IMG/VR virus record: IMGVR_UViG_3300045988_140118
DNA from: a virus
Length of the DNA stretch: 64,000 bases
Strand: one strand, 5' to 3'
A program made the translations under genes and the position numbers. Positions within the stretch are counted from its first letter, which is position 1. Every line of letters starts with the position of its first letter. The notes beneath the pieces were generated by a model. That model was not told the DNA's origin and did no database searches. It was given only the letters and a program-made list of their open reading frames with translations. Below are positions 35,434-43,367 of the stretch, one piece after another.

Positions 35434-36422
35434 TGAATCCACAATTAGGGAGGTTGGGATCAGTCTCCCCATCGTTACTAAATGGTGGTTCTGCGAAACC
35501 TATTTTTCGTGGAGACTTAGTAGACTTCTTCACCTTTAAAGGGAAGGGTAATATGGACCTTGACCGTAATACAATAACCGGACTCCTAGAGAATAAATTA
35601 ACAGCCTACAATTTTGGATGGAGTTTAATGTCAGGGTATGGGGGGTATAATGAAAATTATCTGACTTATTCTAAAGCTGCTAATGTATTCGTAACGGATG
35701 ATCATTCTATTACGATAATGAACTTTGTTCCGGCCAATACTTGGATACTTTTCAAATATGGAACTGAGCATTTAAATACTACAAGAATAAGAGTGACAGG
35801 ACTTACAGCCAATAACCAACTTGCTTATGGGTATTCACCTACTAATGATGGAGCAAGAGTCTTAATGGCAATTCCCTCAGATGGAGAATATGATTTACCT
35901 AAGAGTGTAGTTAATACTCAAACTTATAATGTTGGTTTCATTGTACAGAACGCCTTATCTCAAAATGTAACTATACAGCAAATTCCAGAATATGAAGGGG
36001 CAATAGTTACGGATGGCGTTAACGATTATCTGAAACTTGATAAGGTAGGATATAAGATAGGAACTGTTATAATTAAATATGTCCCTATTTCAATACATGC
36101 AGGATGGAATGTAGTATTTGATACCTATAATGATGTTTATGAAAATAAATGCTTAATGTTCTACAATAGAATTGTTAGCAATTGGGGTTCTACTATGAAC
36201 AGAAAAATTATAAATGATTATTCTGCATTTGTTAGCAACACTCCTAAAAATGTAGATGTGCCTTTATATCTTGCAGCAAGGTATGAAAATACAGTTAAAG
36301 ATTATCTTAATATGGCTCTATATGATATTGCTATTTACAGCACTGCTCTGTCTGAGGAGGATGTTCAGAAAGAAATATCCGAAGCTTTTCCTAAATACGA
36401 ACAATTAATTTTAAACAGGTGA
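35430..36422 (+). CDS. LamG/concanavalin-like jelly-roll protein (possible receptor-binding or fibre component)
   Basis: C-terminal LNMALYDIAIYSTALSEEDVQKEI resembles the LamG terminal strand motif. Confidence 0.45.
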   Translation: MMNPQLGRLGSVSPSLLNGGSAKPIFRGDLVDFFTFKGKGNMDLDRNTITGLLENKLTAYNFGWSLMSGYGGYNENYLTYSKAANVFVTDDHSITIMNFVPANTWILFKYGTEHLNTTRIRVTGLTANNQLAYGYSPTNDGARVLMAIPSDGEYDLPKSVVNTQTYNVGFIVQNALSQNVTIQQIPEYEGAIVTDGVNDYLKLDKVGYKIGTVIIKYVPISIHAGWNVVFDTYNDVYENKCLMFYNRIVSNWGSTMNRKIINDYSAFVSNTPKNVDVPLYLAARYENTVKDYLNMALYDIAIYSTALSEEDVQKEISEAFPKYEQLILNR

Positions 36423-36721
36423 TTATGGATTTTTTTCTAAAGGAACCTTTATCTGTATACCAAAACGGAAATATGTACTCTATCCGGACGCAGACTAAAG
36501 GGGTAGAACAGTTAGGTCAAGTATTGTTTTTTGATGTGACTAAATCGGTGGCTATTTCCTTTGCAAAAGATTTTTGCTTAGAAAATACTTCCATGTTTCA
36601 GGTAAATAGAGTTATCAGTGATAAGGAAGTTTCATTAAGAGACGTTCTTAAAGTAATTGCTGAGACTACTCTTTCTGACAATAAAAAACAAGAATTATTT
36701 TTAAAACTAAACTCTTTGTAA
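36419..36721 (+). CDS. hypothetical protein
   Basis: GTGA-overlap start; an alternative ATG lies at 36425. Confidence 0.5.
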   Translation: MIMDFFLKEPLSVYQNGNMYSIRTQTKGVEQLGQVLFFDVTKSVAISFAKDFCLENTSMFQVNRVISDKEVSLRDVLKVIAETTLSDNKKQELFLKLNSL

Positions 36722-36722
36722 T

Positions 36723-37400
36723 ATGTTAGATAAAACAAAAACCGATTCCGTATTAGGAGCAAGCGTAAATGAAATGCTTCTAGAGTTGGGAGTTGAAACT
36801 CCTATGGTTGGTTTAACTCCGTTAACGTCCGAAGATAAATACGCCAGTATAAAAGATGCTGTTTTTGATATTATGCAGTGTTTGGGTCTTGACACGGAGG
36901 ATGACAGTTTGGCACGTACTCCCCATAGAATAGCCAAGATGTTTTTGGACGAATTGTTTTGGGGACTTGACTACGATAATTTCCCGAAAATAACAACTAT
37001 CGAGAATAAAATGCAGTATAATTCCTTGCTAATGGAAAGACACATTAAAGTTCATTCTATGTGTGAGCATCATTTCGTACCCATTATCGGAGAAGCTTTT
37101 ATTGCATATATTCCCAACGAACGGGTGATAGGTCTTTCAAAGATCAATCGTGTTGTTGAGTTTTTCTGTAGAAGACCGCAAGTGCAAGAACGTTTATGTG
37201 AACAGATATTCCATACTTTACGCTATATTTTAGGCACCGAAAGCGTTGCCGTTCTTATTCGGGCAGAACATTCATGCGTAAAAGTAAGAGGTATTGAAGA
37301 TATTAACTCTGACACGCAGACGTGCAGATTCTCCGGTGCGTTTAATGAAGTAGCTACCAGAGGAGAGTTTTACAGTTTAATCGGCATGAATAATGGCTAA
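36723..37400 (+). CDS. folE: GTP cyclohydrolase I
   Basis: SMCEHHFVPIIGEAFIAYIP...IGLSKINRVVEFFCRRPQVQERL. Confidence 0.9.
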   Translation: MLDKTKTDSVLGASVNEMLLELGVETPMVGLTPLTSEDKYASIKDAVFDIMQCLGLDTEDDSLARTPHRIAKMFLDELFWGLDYDNFPKITTIENKMQYNSLLMERHIKVHSMCEHHFVPIIGEAFIAYIPNERVIGLSKINRVVEFFCRRPQVQERLCEQIFHTLRYILGTESVAVLIRAEHSCVKVRGIEDINSDTQTCRFSGAFNEVATRGEFYSLIGMNNG

Positions 37401-37974
37401 TAAAAAATACGTTGCTATTAATGGAATCTACGTAGAGAAAGCAATATTCTCTACGTATTTTGTTTGTGACTATGATGTATGCAAAGGAAAGTGCTGTTAT
37501 GCTACCTTATCAGACGGGACCTATCTTTTAGGTGGTGGATTAACCAATGACGAGGCTAAGGAACTAACCCGAAAAAGACATGCACTCCTTAAGTATGTAC
37601 CTAACAAACTACAGCAGTTTGCTGTTACTCCTGTAGTGTACACAGCTTTCGGAAATTTCACTTGTTTATCCGATAACAACGTATGTTGTTACTCTGATTC
37701 TGAAAATCGTTGTTGTGCCCTTAAAAACGCTCACAAAAGTGGCGATTTATCTTTTCCTATTCCGGTAGAGTGCTCTTTGTATCCGTTGAGTTATGAAGGA
37801 CCGAATACCAAAGCTGGTTATTTAAAGCTTTTACATACGTTTGATGAATTTTGTGGGTGTGCCTATGAAAAGGGAAACAGAGAAAAAATATGCGTTATTG
37901 ACTTTGTGAAAGATTCTATTATCCGCTTATTGGGAACAGAATTTTTTGATGCTCTTAAAAACTATAAACTCTAA
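37393..37974 (+). CDS. Cys-rich DUF3109-like protein
   Basis: CKGKCC, CC, CC and further Cys; overlaps the folE stop by 8 nt. Confidence 0.5.
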   Translation: MANKKYVAINGIYVEKAIFSTYFVCDYDVCKGKCCYATLSDGTYLLGGGLTNDEAKELTRKRHALLKYVPNKLQQFAVTPVVYTAFGNFTCLSDNNVCCYSDSENRCCALKNAHKSGDLSFPIPVECSLYPLSYEGPNTKAGYLKLLHTFDEFCGCAYEKGNREKICVIDFVKDSIIRLLGTEFFDALKNYKL

Positions 37975-37988
37975 AATAAAAAAGAACT

Positions 37989-38318
37989 ATGACTCCTCCA
38001 GTATTTTCTACAGATGCAGACTTCAGAGTAAGTGTTCTATCTTACCTAAAAAGTGCCAACTCTATTAAAAAGTCTACTGTATTAGTAGCAACGACTAAGG
38101 GATATAAAGGGAAATTATTCTCAATAATTTTTCAGACCGTTTATTCCATAAAGAGTGAAAAAGCCCCTTTGGTTACTATTTTGAAAGGTTCTTGCTTTTT
38201 TATTGACTCTAGAAATCGCTTAGAGGTTTCTTGTGCTATGTCAAGCGTACCTCTTTCTACGTGTAGCTTCCCTACAAAGGACGAATACAATGCTTATTTA
38301 AATATTCCGGTAGTATGA
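37989..38318 (+). CDS. hypothetical protein
   Basis: Packed ORF. Confidence 0.5.
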   Translation: MTPPVFSTDADFRVSVLSYLKSANSIKKSTVLVATTKGYKGKLFSIIFQTVYSIKSEKAPLVTILKGSCFFIDSRNRLEVSCAMSSVPLSTCSFPTKDEYNAYLNIPVV

Positions 38319-38563
38319 TAACTATTTTACTAACTACTTTACTATTTCAGGTAGGCACCAATCTTATTTTATGGTATAAGTTTATACGGACTAAGAAACA
38401 AAAGGAGTGCGCTTACTATATAGACTATCGAAAGGGAAACACAATATTAAGAGTGTTCAAACCTTTTTACGAAGGAAAAGTGATCTCCGAAATACCCCTA
38501 CATAAAATTTTAGACCGTGGTACATTGAATCAGTATTACTTGTGGGTATTGATAGAGATGTGA
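38315..38563 (+). CDS. small membrane protein
   Basis: N-terminal transmembrane segment ITILLTTLLFQVGTNLILW. Confidence 0.5.
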   Translation: MITILLTTLLFQVGTNLILWYKFIRTKKQKECAYYIDYRKGNTILRVFKPFYEGKVISEIPLHKILDRGTLNQYYLWVLIEM

Positions 38564-38595
38564 TTTGGAGAGTTATTAACTATCTCCTATATTTG
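38564..38595 (+). promoter_or_regulatory. Bacteroidota-type promoter, TTTG-N20-TATATTTG
   Basis: Exact consensus match. Confidence 0.6.
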
Positions 38596-38617
38596 AACCA
38601 AAATTTCTTAAAAACAG

Positions 38618-38923
38618 ATGAAAAGTATAAACAGTTTAGCATTAGATTCTCTTAGGATCGCACTCCTGAGAAATAAAGTAACCATTTTTTCTGAAGAAGC
38701 CTCAGTCCATCAAGAGACTTGTGACAGTCTTCGTGAAGAAGTTGACGAGTTTTTACAAGCAAGTGAGTGTAAACCTTCCGAGCATTTACCTGAATATACT
38801 GAAGCAGTCGAAGAGCTTGCCGATATTGCTTTAGTAGCTTTGACCGAACTCTCCAGAAGAGGGGTTAACGTAGAGAAAGTTTTACTACTCAAAAGCATGT
38901 ACAATGAAAGAAGAAATGATTGA
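38618..38923 (+). CDS. MazG-like nucleotide pyrophosphohydrolase
   Basis: REEVDEF ... VEELADIALVAL (ExxE / EExxD pattern); about 100 aa, all-alpha. Confidence 0.65.
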   Translation: MKSINSLALDSLRIALLRNKVTIFSEEASVHQETCDSLREEVDEFLQASECKPSEHLPEYTEAVEELADIALVALTELSRRGVNVEKVLLLKSMYNERRND

Positions 38924-39215
38924 CTTTACCTGTTCCGGAATGACCGTTGAAAACGCTACAGATTTACTGAATGTTTTTCTACAGGAATATTGTACAGAAC
39001 ATTCGTTTACGGAAACGTCCTTGAAAGAACACCTCTTTGTCATTTCTTCTGGAGAAGGTTTTTCTGTCAACAAGAAAGACGATAACAATCCTATTTTTAA
39101 ACTATCTAAGAAGGATACTGCTTTTGAAGGGACTATTTATGCTTCAGAAGAATCTTATCCAATAACTACAAAATTTCTCCGCAGGTTTACCTCTGTGGAG
39201 TCAATGATTTACTAA
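38904..39215 (+). CDS. hypothetical protein
   Basis: Packed ORF. Confidence 0.5.
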   Translation: MKEEMIDFTCSGMTVENATDLLNVFLQEYCTEHSFTETSLKEHLFVISSGEGFSVNKKDDNNPIFKLSKKDTAFEGTIYASEESYPITTKFLRRFTSVESMIY

Positions 39216-39231
39216 CTTAAAACAAAAAATT

Positions 39232-39798
39232 ATGCGATCTTTTAAAGTTTATTGCGGTGGAAAATTTCATGAAACCGTGGATCATTTAATTAACTTAGGC
39301 TATAAGACTTGTGCTTCTTGTACTGATGATGACGGACCTTTTATTGTCGCCACGGAAGACGGTTCTTTTATTTGGCTATCTGACTACAAAGCATTTAGAA
39401 GTGTCACGGATGTGATAGAACTTCCTTTGTCTGTAGTTAATGCGTTTAAAGCTCAGGATATTATGTTTGAGATTCCTGCGGGATCTTCCGTGATGCCTCT
39501 TCTTGAAAAAGATGGAGTCCCTTCTATTTTTTCTGTCTCCGATGGAGAAACATTTTATATAAGAACCGTTGATAGGGATAACCGTTTCGATGGGAATTTC
39601 CTGAAACTAACTCTTTTACCAATGGGAGAGATGTCAAACGATGCAACCGAAGCCAGTAAAGTTGCTCGAAACATTTCCGGGATTACTGCCGGGGAACTAC
39701 TAGCGGTACTGGTAGAACATTCTAAATACTACAAGCACATCGGTTCGGATGTTCGTGATTGTTTGCGGGCAGTGCATGTCACTTTTGAAGGACTTTAA
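39232..39798 (+). CDS. hypothetical protein
   Basis: Packed ORF. Confidence 0.55.
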   Translation: MRSFKVYCGGKFHETVDHLINLGYKTCASCTDDDGPFIVATEDGSFIWLSDYKAFRSVTDVIELPLSVVNAFKAQDIMFEIPAGSSVMPLLEKDGVPSIFSVSDGETFYIRTVDRDNRFDGNFLKLTLLPMGEMSNDATEASKVARNISGITAGELLAVLVEHSKYYKHIGSDVRDCLRAVHVTFEGL

Positions 39799-39855
39799 TC
39801 TTTGGAGTAATGGAATACATATCAGATTATCTGCCTTGTGACGAAATAATTATCC

Positions 39856-40158
39856 GTGCCAGTGAAAACAACTCTGAAAAAGGAGATTCAGAATTTCCCG
39901 AAATTTATCTCCCTTAAAAATAAGCTGGTCCTCCGACTAACCGGAATAGACTTGAAAGGCAATGGTATTTATGCCCATGAAAATAGACATAAGTTTTTAC
40001 TAGTTGCCCGAAAGAAGGATAAGTTTATTATCCTGAACTATCCGGAAGAGTCGGAGAATTTTACGGAATGTACTTTGTCCTCTCGATCTGCTTATATACA
40101 ATCGGTAGGAGGTTGTGTTGACTATCAAAAAATAAAACGTACTGAAAATTTATATTAA
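39856..40158 (+). CDS. hypothetical protein (start uncertain; possibly frame-disrupted)
   Basis: Only a GTG start. ATG 39810 opens a 35-codon ORF in the -1 frame relative to this one. Confidence 0.4.
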   Translation: MPVKTTLKKEIQNFPKFISLKNKLVLRLTGIDLKGNGIYAHENRHKFLLVARKKDKFIILNYPEESENFTECTLSSRSAYIQSVGGCVDYQKIKRTENLY

Positions 40159-40159
40159 C

Positions 40160-40381
40160 ATGGATTCAGAAACTTATATAGTCCCTGTAGCTATTACAGT
40201 TAGAGGAAAAATCGCTTTAAAAGCGAACAATTGGGTTGAGGCTAGAACAATTGTTGAACAAGAAATTGATAATTTTGGGGTTGCCGTAACCATCCCTGAT
40301 GGATTTTCCGTAGAACTACCTTTTGAGAAATGTCAGGAGTCGCTTGGTTTTGTAACAATTAAAGACAAAACTAAGAAGTGA
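40160..40381 (+). CDS. hypothetical protein
   Basis: Packed ORF. Confidence 0.5.
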   Translation: MDSETYIVPVAITVRGKIALKANNWVEARTIVEQEIDNFGVAVTIPDGFSVELPFEKCQESLGFVTIKDKTKK

Positions 40382-40439
40382 AAAAATCGCTCTTTAAATA
40401 GTTTTTCGCTTTCCGGAGATTGTATGTCTAAAAATTCAT

Positions 40440-40447
40440 TATCTTTG
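40440..40447 (+). promoter_or_regulatory. -7 box TATCTTTG
   Basis: TAnnTTTG 23 nt upstream of the Dps ATG. Confidence 0.4.
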
Positions 40448-40470
40448 CTTCGGATACAAAATTATATGGT

Positions 40471-40941
40471 ATGGCACAGTTAACTTCGTCTACTGTCCAA
40501 AAGATTCGGGTACTGCTTGCTTCTTGGACTTCTGTTAGACAAAAAACGCATGTGTTCCATTGGAATATTACAGGAAGTAGTTTTAATGAACTGCATAAAT
40601 ATTTTGAGGAACTCTATGATGAAGCAGTGAATAGTATGGATAGTTGCGCAGAACGTCTACGACAAGTAGGAGTTTTCGTAGAAATGTCGCTAAAAGATGC
40701 TGCCGAATTATCCGTTCTCGGAGATGCCGGATTTTCTACGACTGATGACCGGGAAATGGTAATCGACCTAATCAGATCTTATGCACAGCTTACCGCTTTA
40801 CAAAATGAAATTTATTCGGAGGCTGATGAAGTAGGAGATTATGTAACGGCTGACTTAATGACGCAGCTAAGTAAAACGAACGAGTTAAGAAGTTGGTTCT
40901 TATCTTCATGGTTAGGAGAACAGAATCAAACCCAGTTATAG
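40471..40941 (+). CDS. Dps-family ferritin-like DNA-protection protein
   Basis: HVFHWNITGSSFNELHKYFEELYDE...DSCAERL matches the Dps ferroxidase region. Confidence 0.8.
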   Translation: MAQLTSSTVQKIRVLLASWTSVRQKTHVFHWNITGSSFNELHKYFEELYDEAVNSMDSCAERLRQVGVFVEMSLKDAAELSVLGDAGFSTTDDREMVIDLIRSYAQLTALQNEIYSEADEVGDYVTADLMTQLSKTNELRSWFLSSWLGEQNQTQL

Positions 40942-41097
40942 AATCATTTTTAAGTCATAATTGATTAGCTATAAAATTCATTCGATCCCGGACGTACAAA
41001 AAATACTTGTGAAAGTAGAGTCCAGTAAAATTAATTCGATTTGCATATTATGTAGGAAAGGATTGCCTGTGAAGGTAGTCCTTTTATTTTTATAAGT

Positions 41098-41137
41098 ACC
41101 CTCGACTCTCCTAAAAAAGAGTTTGAGGGTATTTTTG
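41098..41137 (+). terminator. rho-independent terminator
   Basis: ACCCTCGACTCT pairs with AGAGTTTGAGGGT (about 11 bp, one bulge), followed by ATTTTTG. Confidence 0.7.
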
Positions 41138-41145
41138 TGCCCAAG
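41130..41145 (+). promoter_or_regulatory. TAnnTTTG box with conserved extension TATTTTTGTGCCCAAG
   Basis: Near-identical to the boxes at 50130 and 49382; faces the ORF-free region. Confidence 0.35.
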
Positions 41146-41827
41146 TTAGTTATAACTATATGTACCTAAAAAATCGCATTTTAAAACTACCTATTTTTCC
41201 CTATTTATTTTCCTTTCTACCTAGTTTCTTATAACTACCTGATAAATTCCTTTTCCAGTAATTAAAAAACGCTCCCATGAAGCGGTATGTCTTACTATAT
41301 GCAATAAGGAGAATCCCCTATATAAAGACGGTTCTGCAAACAAGTCCCCCGGAAAGTTTGCCAAAAAGCTAAGGATTTTTGCGGATAAATGTTTTAATAC
41401 TATTATAATAACATTAATACTATAAGTATGTGTAATGGGAGTGATGGGTAAGCAAGAAAGATAGAAATCTCCTATTACTAGATTACTGGCTAGATAGCAA
41501 GAAAACAGGGCTACACATAGCTGTAGGGCAGTGAGCGTTCGTGCAATTATAGAAATTAGCTGTGTATTTACGCAGGTATTTACGCTTATTTAGTTTTAAT
41601 TGGCTGGTTGGTTACTTACTTTTTTAGCTGTTTTTCTTGTTTAGAACCCTGTTTTTACCCTTCTAATTTGAGAAAAGTTAGGGAAGTTTACAAAAACAGC
41701 CTATTTTCTAATTTATGCCATCACTGAGTATCAGATAGTTAGCTCAAAAATTTCCGGGGGTTATATCTTTTTGCCCAATTCATAAAAATCATTACACAAA
41801 AACGAGCGATAACAATAATTAGAAGCT

Positions 41828-41899
41828 AATTAGCGTAATTACGTAGTAAATTAGCCGTGTAACTAATTAAATTACGCATGCAGAATTAAAATTAGCGTA
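41828..41899 (+). repeat. iteron-like array, 4 x AATTA(G/C)(C/G)(G/C)N at 20-21 bp spacing
   Basis: AATTAGCGTA at 41828, AATTAGCCGT at 41849, AATTACGCAT at 41870, AATTAGCGTA at 41890. Confidence 0.7.
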
Positions 41900-41979
41900 G
41901 TTTTATTTTAGTTATTCTTTCTACTTTCTTATATAACTAACTTAGCGATTAAAAATAAACTGGAAATTACGTGCGGAAA

Positions 41980-42131
41980 TTAATTTCTACTTTAATTCTT
42001 ATCTTATACTCCTATTATATACTAGAAACTAAATTAATTTGCGGCGAATATTTTAATTTCTAGTTCTAATTTTATCTATGTCTTATGATATAGGTATACA
42101 TAGAATAAAATAGCGTGCGAAATTAAATCTA
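41980..42131 (+). repeat. degenerate ~70-73-bp-period repeats (GCG-rich core + TTAATTTCTA)
   Basis: TTAATTTCTA at 41980 and 42053, TTAAATCTA at 42123, each preceded by a GCGG/GCGTGCG core. Confidence 0.6.
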
Positions 42132-42484
42132 CTTTGCTAAGCGTAGCGATTCTTTCTAATAGAAATTAAATAAGCCCAATTAAAAACGGCAAATAAACTA
42201 ATTACTTTTAGTAAACCATATACTAAGTAGAGATACTTACTATTACCTACTAAGTAACCGATGGATTTATTCAAAGAAACATCGAAGGAAAGATAACTTT
42301 AAATTTTTTGCGGCAATTTCTTATTCCTTATTCCCAGAAAGATCTACCCGTAGATACATAGAGTGATTGGACGTGAGCTGACTGAGCTGAACCAAGAGAG
42401 GGGTACCCTTAAATGGACTTAGCAGGGCGGTTAGGTTCGGGTAGTACGCTTAGGTCACAGAGTGGAAAAGACGACCTGTATTTT

Positions 42485-42570
42485 TGTGACTGCATGTGTG
42501 ATAGACAGTGTGTGGTGTGTAGTGTGTGTCTGAGAAATGTAGTGTGGTGGTGTGTGACTGCGTGTGTGAT
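42485..42570 (+). repeat. TG-rich tract bounded by an 18-nt direct repeat
   Basis: TGTGACTGCATGTGTGAT (42485-42502) and TGTGACTGCGTGTGTGAT (42553-42570) match at 17/18; (TG)n-like sequence between them. Confidence 0.8.
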
Positions 42571-42695
42571 CGAACGAAAAAGGACGCTACACGGTACGAC
42601 TATCTAATGTGTATACCTATACAGTTACTTTGCATGTGATAACTGTTAATTGATCTAAAAATAACAATGCCTTTTGAATAAAACTTTCTTTTCAG

Positions 42696-42726
42696 TTTGT
42701 TATCTAACATAAAATTACTATCTTTG
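42696..42726 (+). promoter_or_regulatory. Bacteroidota-type promoter, TTTG-N19-TATCTTTG
   Basis: Exact consensus match; 42 nt upstream of ATG 42769. Confidence 0.6.
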
Positions 42727-42768
42727 TGTATAAAAGTTAATCACCTAACAACATTAAAAGACAAGGTT

Positions 42769-43014
42769 ATGAAAGCAATTACAGAAAAAGAGACACTAAA
42801 CAATAGGTTTTGTAAAACAGATAAAAAGACAAACAAAGTTACTTTAACTAAAGTGAGTCGCAAACAAGCTGAAAAAATGGATATACGTACTTTATGTTTG
42901 TACATAGCTTCAGAGAGCCTAAGATTTAGAAGTGTTGCTAAAGCTACTGAAAATGCGAATCGGTGGTTAGCAGAAGGAGATAAAGAAAAAATAGTAAGTT
43001 TGTTTTTTGAATAA
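42769..43014 (+). CDS. hypothetical protein
   Basis: ATG 42769 inside track ORF 42697-43014, downstream of a consensus promoter. Confidence 0.55.
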   Translation: MKAITEKETLNNRFCKTDKKTNKVTLTKVSRKQAEKMDIRTLCLYIASESLRFRSVAKATENANRWLAEGDKEKIVSLFFE

Positions 43015-43046
43015 TTAGAATATAGACCTTTTAAAAATATACAATT

Positions 43047-43346
43047 ATGAAAACAGTTATTTCAAAATTAGACAAGAAGACATATTATCTGGCAGTTGCT
43101 ACTAACTGCGAGTACAGTGAGTTTATTGAAGGAGAAAGATACCAAGTGAGAAGCGCAACGAAAGAAGATTGCCCGGACTTTGAAGATTACTGTGTAGTAA
43201 ATGGTACTTTCTGGGAAACACTTCCTGAGATAGACTTTCTTCGTATAAGCGGAAGACCCATGATCAACCGATACAATGGCACTTACTTTCTTCACAGACT
43301 GGTATTGAAGAGTGATTGCAAAAAGTATCTGTCTTATCTTAACTAA
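43047..43346 (+). CDS. hypothetical protein
   Basis: Packed ORF. Confidence 0.5.
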   Translation: MKTVISKLDKKTYYLAVATNCEYSEFIEGERYQVRSATKEDCPDFEDYCVVNGTFWETLPEIDFLRISGRPMINRYNGTYFLHRLVLKSDCKKYLSYLN

Positions 43347-43367
43347 TAATGAATTTGATATAAGAAA

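Noticed and set aside
40975-41000. TTCGATCCCGG, resembling a tRNA T-loop
   Set aside because: No complementary T-stem, acceptor stem or anticodon arm could be drawn around it. I recognised no tRNA anywhere in the window.
41820-42330. Possible CRISPR-like mini-array
   Set aside because: The repeats are only about 10 nt, degenerate and irregularly spaced (21 bp and then about 70 bp). There are no cas genes. Iteron or operator-like repeats explain them better.
42413-42607. 64-aa ORF inside the ORF-free region
   Set aside because: Its Cys/Val-rich translation is a direct product of the TG-repeat tract. It has no promoter or initiation context, so I treat it as a repeat artefact.
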